From: Acanthaster planci
Lineage: Eukaryota
Direction: 5' to 3'
Assembly (NCBI RefSeq): GCF_001949145.1
Contig: NW_019091406.1
Coordinates: 1-62,000, forward strand
DNA: 62,000 nt
The notes below the pieces were generated by a model. That model saw only the letters and a program-made list of their open reading frames with translations. It ran no database searches and was not told where the DNA came from. Each line of letters starts with the position of its first letter. Positions within the stretch are counted from its first letter, which is position 1. A program made the position numbers and the translations under genes. This document shows positions 37,871 to 49,900 of the stretch, piece after piece.

Positions 37871-39894
37871 AAATCAAAGCCGTGAGGTTTTTTTGAAAAG
37901 TTACTTACAATTCAATTTGTTTACGTATTTGTTTACACCAATCTATTTCTCCATAAAAAAGTAAACAAATAAAATAGTCATTAATTAGTTTATTTCTGGA
38001 GATATTGGTTTAATTTCTTGACAGTAGGAACTATAAGCTTGATGCTTCCACCCCACTTTACAAAAAATTGATTTTTTTACAAAATACTTATATTAAGTGG
38101 CACTAAATAAACGTGTTTCTTTACTTTTGTTACCATGGCAACAAAATATTTATTAACGATTTGATTTCTTTAAATCATGTTATGAAGCGGAGCGACTGTC
38201 CATCAGCTACCCCCACTACAAAAATAAAGTGCATATGTTTTTTGTCACAGAAATATTGAGTGTCAAATTTGTTTACTGTTTTGTTTACATGTTTAACACT
38301 TACCTATTTGATTCCATTGTCTCCCAAATATTACCATGGTGTCCATTGACTTTTTAGACAAAGAAGTACGGAAACCTTCACTTTTTGTTTTGGCATAACT
38401 TTTGAACCAGATGTCCGATTTTGATGATTCTTGCACCATTCAACTTCTTTTGAAACATGCTTTCAAAATTTGTAGAGAGGGGAAGGTTTTCAACAAGAAG
38501 AAAAAATCCATTTCAGACCCTACTACTGGCATAACTGGCGAATGAACAGAACACTTACTTGTAAATTATTCAGGATGTTGATTGTGCTGTCTTTGGAAAT
38601 AAATTTTGGATAATTTTGAACCTATTTTAAACTACATTTACGTGATCAACTACAGCTTGGAGGCTGCCATGGCCATCATGTTCAGAAATATGGAATCAGG
38701 GAAAAACTTTTTTTGGCATGAAGTGGAAACCATGGAAACTGGCCTGTTCTTTTAAACCAGGCTCCCATGTTATTGAATTTCTGTTCACATCTGTAGCCCC
38801 CTCCCCCAATGTTGTTGCCCCTTTCTTGAAGTTAGTAGGGTTTAAAAATGTCATAAAAATGGCCAATGAGTATGGAATGTTTTCCCAAGGGGCCCATTTT
38901 TGGCAGGGAAGTATACAAAGAGCCCTGTTTGTGGGTCTAGCCAGTGACAACATAACTGATTGATGAAGTGTTATACATGTAGGTACACTAGTGGAGTTCC
39001 TAGTCCAAGTAACCAGAGGTAGGACTCTACAGATTTCCTCTTTTAATGTTTTGGACATGAGGAGGTAACACACTTTTACTCAGTACAGTCTTGATTCTTG
39101 TCAGGCTGTGTAATTCAGAGTTGATTTGCCTTTTTATACATGTGCATTCATGGGATTTGCAACTCATGAGGGATTATATGTTCAACAAATTCTCACAAGA
39201 GTTGAGATTGCATTGAACAGTTTCACATAAAACAGCTCATAAATGTAGGCCTAATAGGCCTACAAAGAGTTCCATACATGGACATTACTTGACACCCTGT
39301 TTCCGAAGTGCGAATGCTTTTATACATGTATTTCCACTGCTGAATTTGACTCTCTAAGATGTTATCACTTTGTGATGGCTGATACACTACATGTACTTTT
39401 GAGAAATATCTCCTGTAGGATTCTGTTGGAACTGTCAGTAGGTTCACTTACATCTATGTACATGTGTGTTTTGGAAGAACAGGAAAATTTCACATTCAGT
39501 TGGGAACCCTCCTTTCATTGAGCCAAAGGTGGCCATCTTCTTGTAGCGATGGAAACTGTATGCTAATGTTCAGGGATGATATCGATGATGTCTGATTGTC
39601 ACAATGGGCCAGCCAAGTGCACCATTCATAAATTGGGCCTGCATAGGGTGCGTGCACTGATGGAGGACTCTAGGCCTTGAGGCCAATTTTTGGGACTTGT
39701 GACTCAGCTGGGACTCTGGCCAGTTTTGACTCAGCAATGCTCAAACTTGGCTATTAGCTGACTCGGACTTGAGTCAAGTCTGTTCAAAACTAAATAAATT
39801 TTTAGAAATTCGTTTTAAAAGCCTGTCATACATGTGTATCTGTTGTCTGCACGTTTATGGTTAATTCTTTACCCAAAATCTCTTTTAGACTATA

Positions 39895-40355
39895 CCTTAA
39901 GCTTGATGAAATTTCACTGAAACTTGAGGTAAAAAGTTTGCTTTATCAAGGCAATAAGAAGAAACATTGGGATACATCTGTCACTGTCAGTCTTATTTCT
40001 TGATTTATTGATAATTTCGGGCAGTTGCCTTTTCTTTTGTAATTGCAGTTCTTGAAGATTTATTTAAAAGGAGAGGTACATGTTAAGATCGAGATTTCAC
40101 ATACTTGTACAATGTATGTATAAGATCGGCTGAATGCAATCTAATTGTACTGATTGACCGATCACAGCCAGATGAGTGTGATCGCAGATTGAATTCTTGC
40201 TGAAGTTTCGCCCTACCAAAAAGCTTTATTTAATAGACCTATAATGTATGCGCCTTTCATGTTCAAAATCCAGTCTCCCAAAAAGTTTTATGGATACCGT
40301 AGTTCAATTCAGTTTTTGTGATTCATGGCCATGGAAGAATTCTTTTAAAGGGAAA
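39895..40355. repeat. Dispersed repeat, copy 1 (unclassified non-autonomous element)
   Basis: Shares colinear blocks with 46865-47378: aagcttgatgaaatttcactgaa, gatcggctgaatgcaatctaa, gccagatgNgtgtgatcgcag, tggccatggaNgaattcttttaaagggaaa. Confidence 0.75.
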
Positions 40356-40957
40356 TAGTCGAATTCGAATAAGGTCTGAAATCCATCTTGTAAATGCATG
40401 TACGTATTCACAATTACAATTAAAGCATGAAACTAGAAAGAGATTTGTTGTAAAATTTCTACTGCTGCCAAAATACTCATTGCGCATATTCAGTTCCCTT
40501 GCCAGTGCAATAGCAAACACATATCTGGACTGTGAACCGGTCACATATCCATTGCCTTAGCTACTTAAGGTCAGTGGTGTGCGGCATAGGGAGAAGTACA
40601 ACTCGGACTCAGATAAGTCGAACAGAGTACTGGTAGTATGGTATTAGGCAAACCAAACTAACCCAAACTTGAGACCCAAACTCAACTGTGAAAATGCGTA
40701 TTTTATTTATTTGGCAGTGGTATACAGTTTGTGCCAGGATCTCAAGAGGAAGGGTTGTACATGTATGTGGGGGTAATGACTAGGCCAGCCATGTTTCATT
40801 TGAAAAGGGGGATTGCACTACATGGACATGACACTAGGGGGCAGTCTTCGTGATGCAGATGGGAGAGGGGAGCACAATCACAATATTATAGTCATAATGT
40901 ACATTAATTATAAACTTATAAATATTATGCTGTAGGAGCCAAGCAGACTCCTGTGAA

Positions 40958-43900
40958 ATGGAGACCGTGGACTCTGAGAAGCATACTGGGCTGAGAGAAG
41001 ATATCGAGCATTTACTTGAACAGTTTTTACTGACACAGAATGTACGATTCCAAATGTTTGCTGAGGAGTGGCGCAAACTGAACTTCACATTCATTCATTT
41101 GTGAGTAAACTTCTTTTCACTATAAGTGAGCATTTTCATGCTGCATACTTTCCAATGTTGTAGTCAAGACCACTTAAGACCACACAAGACCGCTTAAGAC
41201 CACGTGAGACCGCTTAAGACCACACGAGACCAACACAAAGCCAGCACAAGACCAACACAAGACCAGCACAAAGCCAGCACAAGACCAGCACAAAACTAGC
41301 ACAAGACCAGCACAAGACCTCCAGTCTGAATTCAAGTCACAAGCTATTCAAATGAACTGCAACAAAAGCATTCCTTTGTCATTTTTCACACTTACTTGTG
41401 ACCGGTCTCGTGTCTGGTCTCATGATGGTCTCGACTACAACACTGATACTTTCGTATGCTTTGTACACTTTCTCATAGCAGCAAGTTGGGACATGATCTA
41501 TCAAGCCTCCTTAGGAAAGCGCAAATATATTAATAAAGCATGATGTCATGATTTAGGCCAATTAAATCTGGAGGTTTTAAATGTTTTGTATGTAAATACT
41601 GAAGGATAGAGCTTTTGGGCAAAGCAAACTTCCGTAGAATTAGATGAATAAAAACAACAGCTGATATATGCACGCTAAAAACTGGCATTGAATCCAACAC
41701 TTACAAGAGTGCGGTCAGTAACCACTCTTCGAAGTGTTGAATACAACATTTTAAATGGTAAATCCAACATTTTTAATCTTAAAGTCAGCATTTAAGCTGT
41801 TAATTCAACATTTTCAATGATGATATAACAATATCAAGGGGAAAATGTTGAATTACACTACATTATTGAATTAATTTAATTATGTTGGATATGATATTTA
41901 AAATGCTACGTGTACAGTGGGTTTAACATTTAAAATGTTGGATTTAACACTGCACTCATTCAACACGTCAGATTTTAGCATGTATGTGCATGGACTGTAC
42001 ATGTACATGTATATATATAGAAAGTCATTCCCTGTGTTTCTGAATTCTATATTTTCAACACATTTGAAGGTCCGTATAAATATACGGTACATGCATGTAC
42101 ATGCACTTTTGAAAAGTTTCAACAGTTCTTGTTAATACTTTCGTTCCCAGTGGAATCGAGAAAGGACAAGAAAAGAAAGAGGTACTGTGAATTTCTCTTT
42201 TCGTTCAAGGCAGCTGTGCAGCAGTGGTGCTGTTGTACTGCATGTGAAATAATAAGCAGTATACCATTCAAAGGACAGGATGCTGAAATGCCATATTTCT
42301 TGAAATTGAATAGAACTTCAATTAATTCAGTCTAACTCTTTTGTATGATATGTATAAATCTGTCGACTTTGCACGACAACTTTGCCGTTATTTGATGTTA
42401 CTGTTAAAAAATAACTTCAACTGTTTGTTATAGGCAATGCAGGAAGCCTTTCGGATAACTACTGAGTACTTTCTGCCTCCATATGACCTGCAGTGGCGTG
42501 TTGGCGCTCTCTACATTCTCTATGCTTTGTACATGACTCAGCCTCATGTTCCCAAGTTTAAGGTACTGTATGGCGTTATCATTACAAGACAAGTAAACTG
42601 TGGTTCTTATGTTTGAGGAAAGGGTTTGCTTACCATGGGCTCTAGGGAATAGAATTCCCTGCATTGAAAAATGTAGAGCTTTTACGGGACTGTTCACATT
42701 TATGGGCAAATTGTAGATGGTAATTTTATAAACTGCTGCATTATGAAACCTGAGCAATTTTACTGTGCTGAAATTCTGTGTTCTGACCAATAAGCAGTCT
42801 CATTTGTTCTGACATCACATACTGGCTGGAAGGCTGTTGAAGTAAGAGTGGGACTATCTCCATTTCTTCCTATCAAAGCATTATTGTTATTGTGGAAAGC
42901 TAGTGATGTGATTTCCACCTTGAACAGGTATCTGCTTTGAAGGTGTTATGATCATGCAAAGTAACACTTTTTGTTACCATGTGTCTCTTTAAATGGGCAC
43001 AACTGTGACCTTGGATAGCCTAATGGACTGCTTTTCAGTTTATGAAGTCTCGCTGTTCTGTGTAAATACTGCAGACTACATGTGCCTATGACTGTGTCAA
43101 TTTGATTGGACTGGCAGTCCAACAACTACAAACCACTGTATTTCACATTAACGTAGGGTCAGATACCAATATTTACAAATTTTTTACCATTCAAAAAATT
43201 TTTTGGCAGATCCGCATTTCCCTAGACCAGTGGAAGAGTGTAGCATCACTCGTTGACACCTTACAAAGTCAGGGACATCTTGACACCCTGTATGTGTTCC
43301 ACAAAATGACAGTTAGCAAGGCATTCATGTTTACTGCCATGCCAAAAAAGGTAGGCAAAACAACTGCTTTCCAAGTGGGATGAATCGTTTGTGTGTGAGG
43401 GGAACTTTGTTGCAGGTGTTGAAAATGGTGACCTTTTCTTAAGTGCATGTAGGGGGCCGATTTGATATCCATTTATCAGCATGTTTTTTGCTCAAGGTGA
43501 CAACAAGTTTAGAGGGTTGGGGTATGCATAATTTAAGACAGACTACTTTCTCTGAATAACAGTGGCCATCATTCAAGAGAGCTTTATATTCATTTGTGTT
43601 TACATGTATGTGCAACTCAAACACATGTAAATGGTTTTGATGTACAGGTAATATTTGAATAGGTAATTTCATTTTGCATTTTGAATATTAAATAGTAATT
43701 TAATAGCTGGGTGAGATTTTCTTGTACTCTATGATTTGTTGTTCTTAAAATAATGACAGCCAGCAACGGTTTGCCTACCACCCCTACATGTGCATGTATG
43801 CAAATTATGGCTTTGAGAGAGGTTTACATCTTATAAAGCCCGTCAAGGGGTGGACTGCAAGAAACTTACCTCATGCTTCATTTTTATGTTTTTGTTTGTT

Positions 43901-46900
43901 TGTTTCAATGTTTTTGACCAATTGTATGGTTATGCATAGAGTGAATCCTTTATCAATTTTTAAATGGAAATTCACTGCCTGCAGATGATCTTCCATGCCT
44001 CTTACATGGAAGGAAAGTCCGATCAGAATCCCACTGAGCGATGGCTTGAACGTCACAGGCACAGTCTCATGACGGAGTGCTTTGACGACAACACACTGGA
44101 GGTGAGCTTGTGTTGAACCCTATGCTTCATCATTACATGTACAGACAAGTCCATAAAGTGAGGAAGGGTTGTATTATTCATGTAGGTGTGACAGGAAAGA
44201 TCTTTTCCAGTATGCAGTGTGATGCCTGGGTAACTAGTTTGTCAACTTTTAGTACCAAGGGAAGCTACTATCGACTATCCAACCCTCAAACTATGTTATA
44301 TTTGTGTACTTTTTCTCGATACTGATGCACTGGTGAACAAAAAAGTGGGAGTGGCGTACGCAAAAGTCTGGCAAGAGAAGCACAGTATGTTGATTGTCAG
44401 TGCTGGCCATTGATAGGGTTAACTGGATTGGTCTATCTACTGGCTCAAGAGGCATTTAACCCAAACGTGCTGCCTTCTACTTCTAACCACCAGATTAGTG
44501 TATAATATGCTCTGTGTGCTACTGTGACATTTATCATCCTTTTTCACAGGGCACAAAAGTCAGAAAAAATCCTAGATACTTTTGGAATCCAAGAAATACA
44601 TAATTAGGTCAGTGTACCATGCACAAACAGCTGCAGTTTATTGTAGCAAAAATGCAACCTAATTGAAGATCAGTATGAAATACAGAAATATTCCACCTCT
44701 AATGGTACAACACACAATATTGTTCAGTGACTCTGTATGTGTATGCACATGTCTCCAACTATGGATTATTTCCAACCAAAAAGTGTACTTAAGCAAGCTG
44801 TATCTTTCTACTTGAGCTTGAACCTTGATAATGACTCTTCAGTTATTACAAAAAAAAAAGCACCAGTATTGAATTCGGAAAGCACTAACATATTTACATG
44901 TAAAAGTATATTAACAAACACACCTTGTGCATTTTTCTCTGTTTTCATTTGTTTTTTCGTTTTGGCTTTTTCTGTGTTTGTTTGGCCGGTTGGGTTTTGT
45001 TTTATAAAAGATCAGTCTCATTTCATGGGCTGAAAGTCACTTTCAGTTTTGAAGTTATTTTATAGGAGCAGGTTTAAACTCTACGCTAAGGAGTTGTTAT
45101 TTCATATATCTGTAACTCCAACATGAAATGTAGTGTCCTGGAGTCGCAGATACAACTTTGTTTGTGGTGCACTTGCTTGTAACCGGACAGTTTTTGCAGC
45201 TTTCACTTTCATGGAAATGTGCACTGCACTGCCACGTAAAGTGTTCGTAAATTTCTCAAGGGAATCTCTGTCAAAACATGTAAACGTTTCACCGAGTTTA
45301 CGATGTGAATTCACAATCAAGTTCTACATTCACACGTCACACTGCTCTTTGCCAAGAACCCATGTAAGTAATTCTATGTTTAGGAGCAAAGTCTTGTCGT
45401 ACATATTTTGTTCAGGGTTTAACATGCGAAGATTTAACCATTCATTGAGTTTGTCAATTGTGACTTTGTTTTGTGCATGCTCCATGAACTGTCCTATTCA
45501 TTGTTTAATCTTCAAAGACAAGCCAACCAGAAAATGTAGTCATTCTTGTCAGTCCACTGTAGACCTCACTGTTGCTGTGCAGCTGAAGCCAAACCTTATC
45601 CCCTTGCTTGAGATCCAGAAGGATGCTGTTAGTTGCTGCATCGTAATAATCGTAGCCTGCATCTTCATACAGAGCTGTCATCAGGGAGCCGTTTTTCATG
45701 AGCTTAATGTGCAGATTGCGGGAGTTTGTCCACTTGTTGGCATGGATGATGAAGTAGTATGTGCCATTTACCTGACAAGTGAATTTGCCTGTGTCAGGGT
45801 CAAATTCAGTCCCATGCCGTGTGAAGATGTGGTCAAACTGAACGATGGAGTCCTCGGCAGGTGCTGTCATTGTGTTGGACGAGGCAACAGAGAATGCAAT
45901 TTTTCTCCGACCCGTTCTGGGCAGCATGTGTCTCGAGGACTGGACGACCGATGCACTGTCGCCTTTCTGTCCTTTGGGGCCTCTTTCTCCCGGTGGCCCA
46001 CGTGGCCCCCGGGCTCCGGAACTCCCAGAGCTGCCAGGCTGGCCGGAGACACCTGCCTTTCCAGAGGGACCCTGAGGTCCTGGGGGGCCTGGGTAACCCT
46101 GAATGCCAGGCAGGCCTTGTGGTCCAATGTCCCCTTTTGGTCCGTGCGGGCCTGTCAGCCCATTGTTACCATTATTTCCATGGTTCCCTGTGCACAGAAT
46201 AGGACAACAGTCACCATATTTTTCACAACCTAAAAACAGTGGACTTTCCATCAACCCCAGCAGTGCTACGTACATGTAGTAAAGATGTGAAGTGCTAACA
46301 ATATGGGAATGAACACAGAGTTTTTGGCACACGGACAAACCTGTTCTTTCTTGGTTTGGGTAACACCACTCATGTTTTTCAGGACAACCAAAACATTTCA
46401 GATCATCATGCTGTAGAAAAGCTATTTATAGAGAGAGTTACCACATGAGCGTCTCGATTGTTGGAACCAAAATGGTGGCTTATCCATCACAGCTTATGGA
46501 CAATTAGCACGCAGTAGCTGCATGCTGTATTGCGCACTTAATGAACAGCCATTTTGGTTCAAAAGTCTGATGTTGGCACTAATCTTTCTACCTGTATATA
46601 CAGCTCTGGCTGTAAAAATGTGTAATCAAAAGGTAATCCTGATTGTAGTCTGACCACTGGTAATTTTTTTTCGCAATGCAAGGCTGCTTAAAGGCTTTTA
46701 ACTCAAAAGTAGCATTTCAACAAATTTCACTAGGTTGGACCACATTAAAGACTTTTAAAGTATGCAGTAATTATGAAAAAAGAAAACAGAAAAATCAGGC
46801 CAAAGTACAATTTTATTAGAACTTTCAGCAGATACGTAAACTCATTTTTTTAATAGGAATGTTGAAAGCTTGATGAAATTTCACTGAAATTTGAGGTTAA

Positions 46901-49900
46901 TATATTCTTTCATCAAGGCAAGGAGGCAAAACATTAGCAAACATCTCTCAGTCTATTGTGTGATTTGTTGATAATGAAATGTCACTATCAGCCAATTGCA
47001 TTTTCCTTATTAGTTTGCAGTTTTTGAAGATTTGTTTAAAAGGGGAGGTAAAGATGAAGATTTCACATACATGTATGTATAGGATCGGCTGAATGCAATC
47101 TAACTGTGCTGATCGACCGATCATGCCCAACATACATATTTGCCTTTGTAATAACAAAATAAAACACTGGCATTGAAGTAATACCAAAACGTCAGTAACT
47201 GCCCAATTTCCCCTTCAGTAGAAATGAGTGTCTATATAAAAACATGCACATGGCACAGTGGGTTAGCCATGGAGCCAGATGTGTGTGATCGCAGGTTAAT
47301 TTCTTGTTGAATATTTTTCCTTCCAAAAAAGCCGTACTTAATGGGCCGTGGCCATGGAGGAATTCTTTTAAAGGGAAAACAACTGAATTGCATATTGATA
47401 ATTTTTTCTCACCTGGCATACCAGCAGGTCCCTGAATACCTGGTAAACCTGGGGGCCCAGGTTGGCCTGGTTCGCCCCGTAGCATGTACTGGCACATTGA
47501 TGGGGGTGCCTGGGGTTCTTGAGTTTTAGCTGTGGTAACTGTGTCTTGGTCCTGAGCCAAGCTTTGCTTGAAGGGAAGAGTCACAATACTGAAGAGAATA
47601 GCTAGGGAGACCCACTGGTGTCGCAATGTCGGCAGCATACTGGATGTTTTTTTATTCATCCTCAACTCTGACAAAAAGAAATCTTTTGTGACAAGTTATT
47701 AATGAAGCAATTAAAGCCACTAGTTTCTGAAAGTAAGCACTATGGTAGTTGTTGCAAACGTGGGATGTACATACATGTCCATAACCCAGCAACATCTCAA
47801 TGCAGCGACACACTGTGTTACCTTACAGATGCTTGCTCGTACATATGATATTTGGTGCAGAGTATGCACAGTTTTCATTGGAAGCAATAGTCTTTGCATG
47901 AATGCTGCAGGTGCAGTTGCAAGAGTTCATCATCAGCCTTTCTCTTTTTTACCAGGAAAGGGATACTTAACGTAGGCCTGAAGGAACTCTTGGAAATCCT
48001 TGAAAGTCCAAGCCCATTGATGAAATGCAAACTGTACATGTAGATCCCACTAAATAGGGTTTTTTTTTCAGTAGTGTTGTTTCAGATTGCACTTGAAAAA
48101 GAGCAAACTGAGTTGTTTTGATGTCGGTTCAGTATTGTGGGTTCCTGCAGATTTGCCTTGGGCAAGATTCCTCCAGAGGTCATCAACTCAAAAGTGGCTC
48201 TGGCAGCTTGCAAGTCATTTTATGGTGAGCTACAAATACCCTGCATGTGATTGTCATCAGTAAGATCTGGAGGCACAAGGCTGGCCCTCTGCAGTAATCC
48301 CCAAACCAAAAATGTCTTTAGTGAGTGAGAACATTTCGCTTAATGTCATACTTCAGAACAGATAAAAATTGGAATTCCTAAGAATCAGTTCTTCACAAAT
48401 TGTTACCTTTCATAAAATGTAACAGAAGAATCGTTTTCAACCTCCTAAAATCACAGGTGGTCTACACCTGTTAACCGGCATACATTTGACATGGCAAGAT
48501 ATTGCCAGTTAATATTTACTCTGCTTTCCAAATGTGTATGCACATACATGTTCACGACATGTATTCGTGTACATTTCTCCATAGTTCTATTATGTCATCT
48601 GCACACAGACATCATGAATGACAGCTCAGTCTCTGGAAATATATTTACAACAGGACAAGTCCTTCAACTCAAATTGGCAGGGTGCCATGATGGTTTCTAA
48701 GCAGGAGAATTTTGTTCTTATGCGCTGCAATTTGTTGGCATACATGTACCTTTGTGTTTCAGTTTGGACATTATAGCTATTAGTACATGTATTTGAGGTT
48801 TATGTGATATGTTGCAGTCCAAACTTTAATAGTAGAGTACAACATTCTCTTGAAGTTTTTCATTGCTTAAAAACTGCTCCCAGTTTTTTGCAATCCTTTC
48901 TAGTTTGGATTTTTCTCTTGTCAATTTTTGGTTTGTTTTGTTTTGTTGAGCCCCCATTTCTGACATTTCAGGTAAATTAACTCAAACTCCACCAGATTCT
49001 TTAAATCCATCAAGAGTTTCCAAACTATTTTGTGAGATTTATGAAGATGCATGTACCTCGACTGTTGAGTATAATTTAGCTAAAACTGCAGAACATTATG
49101 TTGGGAGCGAGGGTAAAAAAGGGACACAGCAGCTACACTTTGTTGGTACTCAAGTTACAACTCTTCTTAGCAGTTAGCCCCCTAAAAAGTCTTTCATCTC
49201 TGGTCAGCATGCGTCAATTTCAAGCATGTACATCAATCTTTTGTTTTCTCTGCGAGAGCTGCAACAGCGCCCTCTGTTTCTGCACTGCCTGGATATTTTT
49301 GCAGGCAGCTCAATCATTTACTCAGGGCTATAGATCCTGACAAGATCGATGTTGAACAATAATAGCAGACTATGATTACGAAGTTGTTTATTGTCAGCTT
49401 ATAATCATAATAAAGCTGGTCTAGTCCCATGACTCAACAATCCAACCCTAGCGGAAAAAAGCCACATCGCCACATCAATTCTGGAACATCAGTCTGGGTT
49501 TTTTTGTTGGCCTTGACCATCATTGATACTTTTGTTTTGATACTGGGTAAGGCACGCAAAACCGTGCATGATAATTTGTGTGTGGCTATATCAGTGACTA
49601 TTTTATGTGTAGAATCCATACGCCTACACTGTGGGCATACTTATATTATCGCAATCATTTGATCATATATCTGATTTATACACTATTATATATACTATAT
49701 ACTATTCTACACATATATATATATACACATATACTATTTTATGTGTAGAAACCATACGCCTACACTGTGGGCATACTTATTTTATCGCAATCATTTGATC
49801 ATATATCTGATTTATACACTATTATATATACTATATACTATAGTATGGTATACTACACATATATATATATACTACACATATACTATTTTATGTGTAGAAA

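Larger units (their letters stand above)
34004..38522 (+). mobile_element. hAT-like (7-bp TSD, hATw-type) DDE DNA transposon, 4519 bp, decayed
   Basis: Perfect 7-bp TSD CTACTGG (33997-34003, 38523-38529). Imperfect TIRs TAGCGACCGCAACGGAC vs rc TAGGGTCTGAAATGGAT (11/17). Internal transposase-like ORFs. The hATw label rests on recalled TSD length, not a search. Confidence 0.8.

Noticed and set aside
45133..46233. 366-aa plus-strand ORF
   Set aside because: Antisense to the C1q exon, with no recognisable motifs.
46188..46338. Cys-rich N-terminus ([13 protein letters not shown]) of the 277-aa C1q ORF
   Set aside because: Likely intronic. The acceptor at 46188 gives an uninterrupted Gly-X-Y join; an upstream in-frame AG at 46230 cannot be fully excluded.
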